The notes under the pieces were generated by a model that was given only the letters and a program-made list of their open reading frames with translations, was not told the DNA's origin and did not search any database. A program made the position numbers and the translations under genes. Positions 35,825 to 45,475 of a stretch of DNA of 64,000 nt are shown here, piece by piece (positions within the stretch are counted from its first letter, which is position 1; each line of letters begins with the position of its first letter). Origin of the DNA: an uncultured Candidatus Poseidoniales archaeon (GTDB lineage: Archaea; Thermoplasmatota; Poseidoniia; Poseidoniales; Poseidoniaceae); assembly GCA_963997415.1 (NCBI GenBank), contig CAXEMN010000009.1:243-64242 (forward strand), in the 5' to 3' direction.

Positions 35825-36780
35825 ACATCCTCGTCACTGGAGCAACCGGCTCACTTGGCTCAGCAGTGATGCAGCGCCTCACAACAAAAGGCCATTCTGT
35901 CAAGGGCATCGGAAGATCGCAACAAAAAATAGAGCACCTCAAAGCAAACGGACTTCAAGTGTACCGATGCGATCTTCTTGATCTTGAGGCGCTAAAATCC
36001 CATACCAACAACGTGGATGTCATTGTCCATTGTGCCGCCTATGCTGCTCCTTTTGGCAGGAAAAGCCAGTTTTTTTCGACGAACGTGAGAGGTTTAGAGC
36101 ATGTCTTCAAAGCTGTGGGGAATTCAGGGGCCCGAGTGATTGTGGTGTCCTCTGCCTCGGTGTTTGATGGTAATAACGAAACGATCCTTCACGGTGATGA
36201 AACACCCCTAAAGAGACCAAAGCACCCCTATGGAGCGAGCAAGTACGATGCAGAATGCCTCGCAGCAACCATGCCGACGAAGGCATGGATTGGATTACGA
36301 CCAAGAGCCGTCTTCGGAATTGGTGACCAAACCCTCTTACCGCGATTAAATCGACTTGTCAGCAAAGACAAATACACCATTGTTGGGAAAGGCGATGCGT
36401 TGATGGACGTCACATGCCTGAACAATTTCCTCGATGCTGTGGAGGCGGCACTCGTCGCTGAAGATGAGGCATGGGGGAAATTCTACAATATTTCAAACGG
36501 TGATCCGAGGCGATTTGAGGACATCCTCAAAGCGTATTCACAGAGGCATGGCAAAGGCATGAAACGGCGTTCAGTTCCAACATTCCTTGTCGCCTTCTTT
36601 GCATACAGTTCAGTCGCCATTGCATCGCTGATCCCAGGGAAACCATGGGAGCCACGATTGACGCCGTATGGGCTAAGGCAAATCACGCAAACCCTTCGAT
36701 TGGACATCTCTGGAGCACAAGAAGCACTCCAATGGAATCCTGAAATGACATTTGAGCAAGGTGTGGAGGAACTCAAATGA
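35821..36780 (+). CDS. extended SDR, 3beta-hydroxysteroid dehydrogenase/NAD-dependent epimerase family (OleD-like)
   Basis: ILVTGATGSLGSAV Rossmann loop right after a TTG that overlaps the upstream TGA (TTGA). Catalytic YGASKYDAE (YxxxK). VVSSASV. Confidence 0.8.
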   Translation: MNILVTGATGSLGSAVMQRLTTKGHSVKGIGRSQQKIEHLKANGLQVYRCDLLDLEALKSHTNNVDVIVHCAAYAAPFGRKSQFFSTNVRGLEHVFKAVGNSGARVIVVSSASVFDGNNETILHGDETPLKRPKHPYGASKYDAECLAATMPTKAWIGLRPRAVFGIGDQTLLPRLNRLVSKDKYTIVGKGDALMDVTCLNNFLDAVEAALVAEDEAWGKFYNISNGDPRRFEDILKAYSQRHGKGMKRRSVPTFLVAFFAYSSVAIASLIPGKPWEPRLTPYGLRQITQTLRLDISGAQEALQWNPEMTFEQGVEELK

Positions 36781-38069
36781 GTAAAATTGGCACCTTGATG
36801 CGCTACCTCAGCACACCAAGGAAATTCAAATCACGCCAACAGATTTTGAAACGTCAAAAGAAAGGCATACGGAAACACATTGCCTATGTTCGAGACCGTT
36901 CCCCGTTCTACGCAAGGCATTGGCAAGGCTTTGACAATGAGCAGTGGCAGAGCTTCCCGCTGATCGATAAGAACATCATGATGGAAAATTTAGATGATTT
37001 CCTCACGGTCAGGTTGAACGTCGAAGAGGCTCGAATCCTCGCAGCAAGGGCTGAAAAAAGTAGAGATTTCTCGCCCAAGATTGGACCCTATTCAATTGGA
37101 TATTCATCCGGAACAAGTGGTTCAAGGGGCATGCACTTCATCAGTGAGGCAGAACAAACAGGGTGGGCAGGGTTCATGCTCAAGCGTGGACTTGGTGGTT
37201 CAATATTGGGACGGCACAAGATTGGATTGATCTTGCGAGCAAATTCAAACACCTTCGAATCGATTGGTTCCAAAAAAATACAATTCTGCTTTTACGATTT
37301 GATGCTCCCTCTTGCTGAGATTCACGAACAACTTCTACGCGACCAAGTGGACGTTCTCATCGGACCACCGAGCGTCTTGAGGTACCTTGCGGATGAGAAG
37401 ACCACACTCAAACCGCGACGAATTATTTCCTCAGCGGAAGTGCTGGACGACATTGATCGTGAAATCATTGAAACCCATTTTGGCACCATAGTCCACCAGT
37501 TTTACTCCTCGACGGAGGGGGAAATTGCTGCAACATGCGAATATGGGACCTTACATCTCAATGAGGGGATGATGGTGATTCAGAAAGAATGGGTGGATGA
37601 AGAAAAGCGTTGGTTCCACCCAATCATCACGGATTTCAAGAGAAAAACCCAGCCGATTATACGCTATCGACTCAATGACATCCTCGTGGCATCACAACAC
37701 CAATGCAAATGCGGTGACGCAAGGCAATCGATCGAGGCAGTCATGGGTCGCCAAGACGATGTCTTCTACCTCCAAAAGGAAAACGAAGAGGGGTATGAGA
37801 AGATTGTCCCCGACTTCATTCGCAGAGCAGTGATGCAAATGCATCCTGACATCACTGCCTTCTGTGCCATTCAGAAATCCGCTGAGACCATCGAGGTTCA
37901 ACTCCTCCCAGAGGGCTTGAAGGACTGTTCTATGCTTGGCTTTGAATCATTATGGGCGTCGAAAAAGGTCAAAGCTGCCAGCATCAATGTGGTCGCCTAC
38001 ACACATGTTCCTTCAACCACGAAACTACGTAGGATTCGACGAAGCTTTGAACCGGCAGAATCCCTTTAG
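36777..38069 (+). CDS. adenylate-forming enzyme, PaaK/CapK/F390-synthetase-like (ANL superfamily)
   Basis: N-terminal SPFYARHWQGF...FPLIDKNIMMENLDDF pattern of COG1541-type ligases. P-loop YSSGTSGSRG. FYSSTEGEIA. ATGA-coupled to the SDR gene. Confidence 0.75.
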   Translation: MSKIGTLMRYLSTPRKFKSRQQILKRQKKGIRKHIAYVRDRSPFYARHWQGFDNEQWQSFPLIDKNIMMENLDDFLTVRLNVEEARILAARAEKSRDFSPKIGPYSIGYSSGTSGSRGMHFISEAEQTGWAGFMLKRGLGGSILGRHKIGLILRANSNTFESIGSKKIQFCFYDLMLPLAEIHEQLLRDQVDVLIGPPSVLRYLADEKTTLKPRRIISSAEVLDDIDREIIETHFGTIVHQFYSSTEGEIAATCEYGTLHLNEGMMVIQKEWVDEEKRWFHPIITDFKRKTQPIIRYRLNDILVASQHQCKCGDARQSIEAVMGRQDDVFYLQKENEEGYEKIVPDFIRRAVMQMHPDITAFCAIQKSAETIEVQLLPEGLKDCSMLGFESLWASKKVKAASINVVAYTHVPSTTKLRRIRRSFEPAESL

Positions 38070-38091
38070 GCATTCCCAGTTAGTTCCCGAC

Positions 38092-38580
38092 ATGGAGGAT
38101 TGTGTCTGGCTCAGGTCGATGCTCACTTCTGAGTTGGAGGTTCGCCCACCAAGGAGCGAACGAAAAGAAAAGCAGGCTCTCGCTGGTTTTTGCACAACAA
38201 TATACGACAATGGCAGACTTGTAGCCTTCGCAGAAATGAGAAAAGTTGGTTCTCATTTCGAGATCTCAACAGTTCTTGTTGACCCAGCCCATCGTGGCAG
38301 GGGCGTCGGAAAAAGCCTCATTCGCACCTCGGTTGAGCAGATCGAGGGGTCGCTGGTGCTGTGTTGCACGAAAAATCCAGCTATGGCAAAGGTGCTGAAA
38401 TCGCTTGGCTTTACAGCCGTTGGTTGGCCAGGAATTTCTACAGCGATTGGCCTCACCATCAACACCATTGGGCGTTTACTATCGATGCTCATCCGTTTTG
38501 AATTCAAGCGCATATGGATCCAAGGCAAAGGTATTCTCGCCTATGAGCGCTATGTGCTTGAAAAGGCTGAGAAGCAGTGA
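38092..38580 (+). CDS. GNAT-family N-acyltransferase
   Basis: Motif A VLVDPAHRGRGVGKSLI, followed by LGFTAVG. ATG at 38092, 23 nt after the upstream stop. Confidence 0.7.
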   Translation: MEDCVWLRSMLTSELEVRPPRSERKEKQALAGFCTTIYDNGRLVAFAEMRKVGSHFEISTVLVDPAHRGRGVGKSLIRTSVEQIEGSLVLCCTKNPAMAKVLKSLGFTAVGWPGISTAIGLTINTIGRLLSMLIRFEFKRIWIQGKGILAYERYVLEKAEKQ

Positions 38581-38647
38581 CACTTGCCGCCCTCATGCAT
38601 TGCTTTCGCTCATGCGTGCCAACATGGCTGGTGTAAACTCGCCCTGC

Positions 38648-41600
38648 TCACTGCTGTGATTGTGCATACTGGGCTGCATATTGCTGTGCATATTGAGCCG
38701 CTGTTGCTTCATCATAGCCTTGTGAAACGAATTGCTGGTAATACTGTTGGTACACCGCATTATCCGCTGCAGGTGCCGCTGCTGCCGGCGCTGCTGCACC
38801 TGCTGCTTGCGCGGCATATTGTTGAGCATAGGTTCGTGCTGTTTCCTCAGGGTATCCCTGGGCGATCAGTTGCTGGACATATTGCTCAGTAGCATCGAGT
38901 TGTGCGGAGCCATAGCCTGCAGAGCTTGCTGCGAAGTCCTTGATGGTATCATCGCCACCTGCGCCGCCCTTCTTTAGGAAGAGCAAGGTCAAGATGATCA
39001 CCACGAGAAGGGCTGCGACGCCAATGCCGATGGTCGTGGCATCTAGACCGCTGCTTGTGCCGTCGGAATCGCCAGTTTGAGCAGGTGCAACCCATTCTCC
39101 GTTCTCGAAGGTCCAAGCACCACTCCACTCACATTCATTGTCAGCGTTGAGGATGAACTCGCCTCCTGCTGCAAGTGCTTCGGCGTCTGCCTCAAGCCCT
39201 TGACATGCTGGAAGTTGGATTTCAATCCACTTGATGGTGACCCATCGTTCATCATCGCCTTCGTAGATCTTGATGAAGATACGTTGACTTTGAGACTTGT
39301 TGGTGTACTTGCCATCCAACGAAAGGGTGAGATCGAATGTTTCAGTGTCGCCAATCTTGTCGGTACGGTCCCATTCACCAGCGAGGCCAAGGTTGTACTT
39401 GTCCACAGCGCTGGCTTCGAAGTCGGTCTCAACGAAAGCGGCTTCGACGTAGACGTCACCATTTTCCGCACCCGAAAGGACAGTTCCTGAGATGGTCACG
39501 GTATCGGTGTCAACTCGAGAAGCGTTGAGTGAAGCATCGAGTTGGACCACAGGTTCTTCGTCACCGAAGCCATCTGGTACAACAACGAAGTACATTCGGT
39601 ACTTCTCAGAGAACTTACCTGCCTTATCATAGACAATCAATTCAATTCGGATTTGGTTCTCAGTGGTACCGCTTGGGTCAACAGTCACGTTTCGGAAGGT
39701 GTAAGCCCATGCGCCATCACTGGCAGCGTTCTGCTCGAAGGTGTGACCGTCGAGGCTGAAGGAGTCGTCGCCATATGGAGCGTCAAACAGGACCTTCCAT
39801 TCATAGGATTCAATTCCATTACCTTCGAGCGCATCCAAGTCAGTTGAGTTGCTGGCATCGAAGTGGATGGTCACTTCACCATCTTCATCGAGGATGATTC
39901 GATTCACTGACCACTCGGTGTTGGAAACTGTCTTGGTTCCTACGTATTCCACGAGGTCTGTGTACTCATCACGCATGTCGATCATTGCTTCAGCGGTTGG
40001 CCGGTATTCGTCTGCATAGACATCATTGGTTTCCACAGTCACTTCGATGACACGGGCGTGGCCAGCATCGTCGTGAAGCATGAGCGTGATGGTCCATTGT
40101 TCGCCCTGAGCGCAACCTGTTGCCGATGAAAGATCAATCTTACAGAAGTTCATGACTGGCATTGCTTCTGTGGTGTGACCGGTCATTCCAGTCGCCATGG
40201 TCGAACCGTCCCACGAGGTTGGTCCAGAAACAATCCAGTCGGTATGGAGGGTCTCGGTTGTGGTCGTGGTGTAGGAGAAGGTCAAGTCGGCGTCACTCTT
40301 CATGTAGCGCAACTCATATCCACCTGTGCTTGGGTTGATTCCTGGGATTTGGTCGTTGATCTTCAGGTCCAATCCGTTCCCGAGTGTACCGAACCCTTCT
40401 GGGTAAGGTGTGACTTGGTAGCTGAGCATGTTTCCGAGCAATGGTAGCGTTGAACTGTCAGCACGTTCGGAGTGGGTGGAAACGTCCATTGTAGAGATGA
40501 TCATACCACCAGAGTAGTAGCTGCACACACCAAGAACTGTGTCTTGGATGTCATCAGCATCACGAATCAAACGCTGGAAATAACCGCCGTCTTCCATGTA
40601 TCCATTACAGGTCACAGGGACGTTGTTTGCGCTGACTGACTTGGTGTTCAGTACCGCTTGAGCCACTGTTGAATCCGCATCAAATCCTTGGAAGGCGTTG
40701 ATGTCAACGTTATCCATCAATGGGTGGTATGGGTCAGCGAAATCAGTTCCAGAGAAGTCAATTCGAGACTCAGGAGTGTTTCGGCTTTGCACGTCAAGTC
40801 CGAATGGCAGTCGTCCATTGAGGCCTTGGTCGACACCGTAGATTTGGCTTCCTTGTGGCCCGAGGTGGGCTTGGATTGTACCACCTGCGGACATGAAGCC
40901 CTCAAGTGTGGTTCGGTGAGCAGTTGATCCCAACTTCTGGTAATAGCCACGTCCACCGTTCTCGATGTCCTTTGCTGCGATGTCATCTTGCCAAGGCAAT
41001 ACAATCTTGTCGTAGTGAGTGAACCAGCCTGCATCGAGGTACTCATCCCAATCGTTGATGGTGTACTGAGTGTAAGACATGTTCAAGATGTTCAGATCTT
41101 CCTTGATGGCATTGGTTCGAACAGAGGTGTCTGAAAGGATGGCGACATCCACGTGGTCTGCGAAGGTGGCATGGAAGTATCGAACGTTTCCAGAGGCGGC
41201 TCCACTTGCGAGTTCTGCATCAAAGCTGATGTTGTAGGTGTGGCCGTCCATCCAGCCGTTCCATGGGGTGAATGTCACCTCAATCTTCTGATGTGAGTCA
41301 AGAGACTGTGATGGTCCAGCAGTCGTGGTGTGAGCCATGCTACCAGCAGTTTCGTCGTAGATGTTCATGTTGAACACATAGTCACCAGCAAGCACACCGT
41401 TGGTGGCTTGGAGGGCCCAGTCGTGGGTGTAAGAACTGTCAATTGGCATCACACACTCGAGAATTTGGTCATTCAAACACGAAAGCGTGTTCGGCTTACC
41501 CAGAGTGATATCAACGGATTCTACGTTGAAGATCACACGCTCGATGTTGTTTGACGTCGAAATTTCTGCAACGTTGTACCAAGGCACACCTTGAGTTGTG

Positions 41601-44600
41601 TTGTCATAGATTGTTTCAACTTCAATCATGTAGACTCCAGCAAAGAATTCGTGGTTTGCCACTGTGTCTGTGGATGGGTCTTCAGCGTCGACGTTGGTGC
41701 GGGAAATCATGTATGCATTGTCTTCAACGAAGGTGAATTCTTGCAAGGTGATGTTGTTGAACGCCACACCTTTGAACCCATCATTGATTCCGTTTCTTCC
41801 ATCATCGTCTGATTGGAATTCGAAGTTGATGTCAACAACCGAGCCAGAAAGTGACATGCACTCATAGCCCCAGTTGATTGAACTGGCATCTGAAGTGTTG
41901 AGCACATACAAGTGGGTCAGATCGATTGAGGTGGTTGCCACAAGGTCGTTCGTGTTGAAGAACACATTGTAGTTGCCACCCGTACCGTCAGTGGTTGAAT
42001 CATCGCCAATGTAGGAGATTTCAGCGTTGTCGATTGGTTCTGAGGCGTTGACAAGTCCATTGCCGTCTTCGTCAATTTGACAGGTGCCATCTTCGTTGTA
42101 GTCATTCCACTGTCCGACCAAGACGCCAGAGTAGGTTGCTCCATCCCGTAGGATATCGAGGGTCATGGCGGCGTAATCGTTGACGTCAACGATGGATGTT
42201 CCGTCTGAATCAATACCGTAGAATGTATCAGCGTAGTATTCAAAGTTGAGAGATACGAAATCTCCGCTCATCGAGGTCAAGTCAATGTCAGGGATGGTCA
42301 GCGTTTCATTTGCCCAAGCATCACCATAGCCATTTGCTCCAGTGTCACAAGGGTGTCCAAACCAATATGCATTGTTGTTGAAGATCTTGTCTTGACAGGT
42401 GTTTTCATTGTAGATCACACCCTTCGGATTGGCGCTTTCAGTGTACCTGTATCCATTCGCTCCTCCTTCGAAGTCTTCTTCACATAGAGCAGTCGGTGTT
42501 CCACAGTACACATCGGATGGTGTTGCAGAGAAGACGGTCGCCTCGATATCGAAGTCCATTTCGGTGTTACCATAGTTGTTGGTTGTGACATCGATGTCGA
42601 ACATACCTTCTGCATAGAGTCCTCCTGGATTGAAGTATTCGATGCCTTCCACGGTTGGATCATAAAGATTGAACGGCGTAATGTAGCCAACCAACTCATC
42701 ATTCTGCGGTTGTTCATCCCAACTGTTTGCAGACAGGCTTGCGGAAATTCTGTATGTTGTGTCATTGAGCAAGTCTGCGGTAATCGAAGTGGTGTACTCT
42801 TGTCCAGGACCGAGGTTGTTGAGGTTGATCGTGGATTGCTGAACTTGTGGGTTCGCAAGGAAGGCCGTGTTTTGCTTCCAAATGGTGAGATTATCCACTG
42901 CGTATCCGTCTCGGCCAGTCCAACGGCTTTCGTTATCATCAGAAATGGAGCCTGTGAATCCAGTGCGGAAGCGGAAGCGGACATCGACTGTTTCACCAGC
43001 CCAAGGACTGAGGTCAAACGCACCTACGCCCTCTTCAGTGAAGTTGTTCCATCCGTAATAGGTTCCAAAGGAATAGACACCATAGTAGTAGACGCCCTCG
43101 GCGACACCACCAATGGCTTGCTTGTATTGACGATCGAGGTCAAAGCCACCCCACATCGAGGCACCAGAGGCGCATGCACCGCTGACATAGGCTTCTTGTG
43201 GACAGGAGATAACGTCCCATCCCGATTCAGCACTGCCAATTTCAATCATTGCAATGTCATCCCAAACATCGCCAGCAAGGTAGTTGCCTGTTTGATCAAC
43301 GCTTCCAAGCACACCGTGACCGAGGTGCTGGAACAGCTCAACGCTCATGAAGGCACGATCTGAGCCCGTGAGGTCAACATCTTCGAGGACCATAGCGTCG
43401 TCCCAGTTCTTGTCATACCCACTCCATAGACCGCCAGAGGTGTTGGTCTTGTAATGTCCAGCCCACATGAAGTCGGTTGGGTTTTGGTAATTCGCGGAAA
43501 CGTTTGGATCGTTGTTTCCATCAGATGCACCGATGGAATGATTTGTCTCTTCGTGCCACTTTGTGGCTTGATCGATGTATTCTTCGAAAGCCCAACTGCA
43601 GCCAGTGCCACAGCCGGTCTTGTCTTCTGGAGCGTCCCAGTCCATTTGGTAGACAGTGCTGTTGGTCGATGAAGCCTCATCGACAACCTTGAGTTCAAGG
43701 TCAAGGGTCGCGCTTTGGCCATTGAGAATGTCCATTCCAGTGTTGGTCACTGTGACGTTGATGTCACGCGTACCTTCACCGACAATTCCGAAGAAGTTGT
43801 CAGTTGGGTTAATCTCGAGAGAGGTGACAGCAAGATCTTTGTTGTCCATTTCGACAACGGTAATGGTATCGTATTGCCCTTCCCATCCGAAGTTGTCTAC
43901 CCAACTACCGAAGTCATAGCTGGTGTGCCCAACAACGATGTCTGGTGCTGAATTGGAAGCACCTGCGAGTTGACCCACTTCGACCATGCTCGGTCGTCGG
44001 CCTGCCTCGTAGGAAAGAGGTGTTAGATGTGCCCCGCTTCCGTCCGAAAGGGTCACTTGGACCGTGGTTGGGAAGTTGAGGTAGAAGTTTGATGTGGAGC
44101 CACCTGCGGAGTCACTGCTGTTTTGTTGATACGCAACCGTTGGGTTGACGAAATCAGGCTCACCGTCACCGTTGAGATCAGCGATGGTGACAGAATAGGA
44201 GATGTAGGGTCCAAAGTAGGCCCGGGCGGGCGTCGACCAACTTCCAGAGGAAGCAGATGTCACGAAACTGACATTTTCCACGTTTCCATCGTTGAGAACC
44301 ATAGCGTCGATTTCTCCGTTTCCATCAATGTCTGCAATATCGAAATCATTGGCAAATTCGACGTTCATGTTGATGATGCTCGTTCCGGTTTGTGGGGTTG
44401 CTGTGTTGAAGCTGTAGGTTGCTGGGTACGTGTTTGTCAAGCAGGAGTACTCGATGATGGAGAGGTTATCGCTGTTTCCAGGGTTGGTGGATTGACCAGT
44501 GGAATAATCAACACCTTCTGAACGAAGCAGATAGATGTCATCATCGGTACAAGTGCCGCTGAGTCCACCGGTTTCAGTTTCACCCCAGTCGCCAACTTCG

Positions 44601-45325
44601 AGGCTACGGTATGCGTTTTGATTCGATGGCCCGAGGGTTGTAATCATGCCCTGAGTGGCGGAAGAGATCGGTCCACGGTAGGTGACGACACGTTGCGATG
44701 AAAGATCGCTCAAGAGGTCGAGAATGTAGATGTCATCGTTTCCGTCTTGGTCTGCATCGCCCACAGCGAGGTCCCAAGCCCAGAAATGTGTGAATCGCTC
44801 TCCGATGCTCCAAGAGTCGTCATTGCATCCAGCGTTTTCAATGATGGTGACGTTTCCAGGTTCTCCTGCTGGTGCGCCGTTATCATCGGTCTTGAATGGG
44901 TTGTTGCGTTGGAAGATGACGATGTCGTCTGCTCCATCGCCAGTGAATTCACCAACTTCGATGAATTGAACGTTCGAGAATTCGTCCCAGTCTGCGTTTC
45001 GACTTTGGTTCTTTGAGACCCAAATGTCCTGACGCTCGCTGAAATCTCCATTGCCATCGTTCCAGAGGATGCTGATGGTGTGGGTTCCTTCTGTTGCCAC
45101 GGCCAAATCATTGAAACCGTCACAATTGAAATCGCCGATTGCGACGTCCAACGGATCACGATTTGTGGTGTATGAACGGGCAATTGAAGCGCTCGCAGTT
45201 GTTGCAAGGGCGGCGGTGGTCGACAAAACCATCAGCATGACAAGGAACATGCTCAAGGCGCGGCTGTTATTGTGGTTGTTTTTGGAGAACATCAACATCA
45301 CTGCTTCGGCCAACGCCCGTTGCAC
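38648..45325 (-). CDS. giant (about 2200 aa) cell-surface protein with FG-GAP/VCBS-like repeats, C-terminal TM anchor and repeated Q/Y/A-rich cytoplasmic tail
   Basis: Signal peptide MFLVMLMVLSTTAALATTASA. Ca-binding-like repeats (DFNCDGFNDLAV, FTGDGADDIVI, GDADQDGNDDIYI, DIDGNGEIDAMV, DLNGDGEPDFV). TM IGIGVAALLVVIILTLLFL, then a 108-aa tail. The ORF is open to a GTG at 45325; ATGs at 45298/45292 are the likely starts. Confidence 0.85.
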   Translation of the reverse strand: MQRALAEAVMLMFSKNNHNNSRALSMFLVMLMVLSTTAALATTASASIARSYTTNRDPLDVAIGDFNCDGFNDLAVATEGTHTISILWNDGNGDFSERQDIWVSKNQSRNADWDEFSNVQFIEVGEFTGDGADDIVIFQRNNPFKTDDNGAPAGEPGNVTIIENAGCNDDSWSIGERFTHFWAWDLAVGDADQDGNDDIYILDLLSDLSSQRVVTYRGPISSATQGMITTLGPSNQNAYRSLEVGDWGETETGGLSGTCTDDDIYLLRSEGVDYSTGQSTNPGNSDNLSIIEYSCLTNTYPATYSFNTATPQTGTSIINMNVEFANDFDIADIDGNGEIDAMVLNDGNVENVSFVTSASSGSWSTPARAYFGPYISYSVTIADLNGDGEPDFVNPTVAYQQNSSDSAGGSTSNFYLNFPTTVQVTLSDGSGAHLTPLSYEAGRRPSMVEVGQLAGASNSAPDIVVGHTSYDFGSWVDNFGWEGQYDTITVVEMDNKDLAVTSLEINPTDNFFGIVGEGTRDINVTVTNTGMDILNGQSATLDLELKVVDEASSTNSTVYQMDWDAPEDKTGCGTGCSWAFEEYIDQATKWHEETNHSIGASDGNNDPNVSANYQNPTDFMWAGHYKTNTSGGLWSGYDKNWDDAMVLEDVDLTGSDRAFMSVELFQHLGHGVLGSVDQTGNYLAGDVWDDIAMIEIGSAESGWDVISCPQEAYVSGACASGASMWGGFDLDRQYKQAIGGVAEGVYYYGVYSFGTYYGWNNFTEEGVGAFDLSPWAGETVDVRFRFRTGFTGSISDDNESRWTGRDGYAVDNLTIWKQNTAFLANPQVQQSTINLNNLGPGQEYTTSITADLLNDTTYRISASLSANSWDEQPQNDELVGYITPFNLYDPTVEGIEYFNPGGLYAEGMFDIDVTTNNYGNTEMDFDIEATVFSATPSDVYCGTPTALCEEDFEGGANGYRYTESANPKGVIYNENTCQDKIFNNNAYWFGHPCDTGANGYGDAWANETLTIPDIDLTSMSGDFVSLNFEYYADTFYGIDSDGTSIVDVNDYAAMTLDILRDGATYSGVLVGQWNDYNEDGTCQIDEDGNGLVNASEPIDNAEISYIGDDSTTDGTGGNYNVFFNTNDLVATTSIDLTHLYVLNTSDASSINWGYECMSLSGSVVDINFEFQSDDDGRNGINDGFKGVAFNNITLQEFTFVEDNAYMISRTNVDAEDPSTDTVANHEFFAGVYMIEVETIYDNTTQGVPWYNVAEISTSNNIERVIFNVESVDITLGKPNTLSCLNDQILECVMPIDSSYTHDWALQATNGVLAGDYVFNMNIYDETAGSMAHTTTAGPSQSLDSHQKIEVTFTPWNGWMDGHTYNISFDAELASGAASGNVRYFHATFADHVDVAILSDTSVRTNAIKEDLNILNMSYTQYTINDWDEYLDAGWFTHYDKIVLPWQDDIAAKDIENGGRGYYQKLGSTAHRTTLEGFMSAGGTIQAHLGPQGSQIYGVDQGLNGRLPFGLDVQSRNTPESRIDFSGTDFADPYHPLMDNVDINAFQGFDADSTVAQAVLNTKSVSANNVPVTCNGYMEDGGYFQRLIRDADDIQDTVLGVCSYYSGGMIISTMDVSTHSERADSSTLPLLGNMLSYQVTPYPEGFGTLGNGLDLKINDQIPGINPSTGGYELRYMKSDADLTFSYTTTTTETLHTDWIVSGPTSWDGSTMATGMTGHTTEAMPVMNFCKIDLSSATGCAQGEQWTITLMLHDDAGHARVIEVTVETNDVYADEYRPTAEAMIDMRDEYTDLVEYVGTKTVSNTEWSVNRIILDEDGEVTIHFDASNSTDLDALEGNGIESYEWKVLFDAPYGDDSFSLDGHTFEQNAASDGAWAYTFRNVTVDPSGTTENQIRIELIVYDKAGKFSEKYRMYFVVVPDGFGDEEPVVQLDASLNASRVDTDTVTISGTVLSGAENGDVYVEAAFVETDFEASAVDKYNLGLAGEWDRTDKIGDTETFDLTLSLDGKYTNKSQSQRIFIKIYEGDDERWVTIKWIEIQLPACQGLEADAEALAAGGEFILNADNECEWSGAWTFENGEWVAPAQTGDSDGTSSGLDATTIGIGVAALLVVIILTLLFLKKGGAGGDDTIKDFAASSAGYGSAQLDATEQYVQQLIAQGYPEETARTYAQQYAAQAAGAAAPAAAAPAADNAVYQQYYQQFVSQGYDEATAAQYAQQYAAQYAQSQQ

Positions 45326-45475
45326 TTTAATTCCTTTGTTCTAAAGTTCACAATTATCCTGCCCGCTTTTCTTCGCAGTACCCCGTTTAACACGAAAAAA
45401 GAAAATTCAATATTCCGGTAGAAAATCGGCGTAAAAATAACACCGAATATCGCTGTTTTTGACAGCCCTTAGGCT

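Noticed and set aside
42415-45207. Several 100-220-aa ORFs inside and antisense to the giant gene (e.g. 42415..43023 -, 42710..43363 +, 44123..44521 +, 44710..45207 -).
   Set aside because: They are fully nested in a 6.7-kb uninterrupted frame with a signal peptide, repeats and anchor. Their compositions are typical of off-frame translations of an Asp/Asn/Thr/Gly-rich gene.
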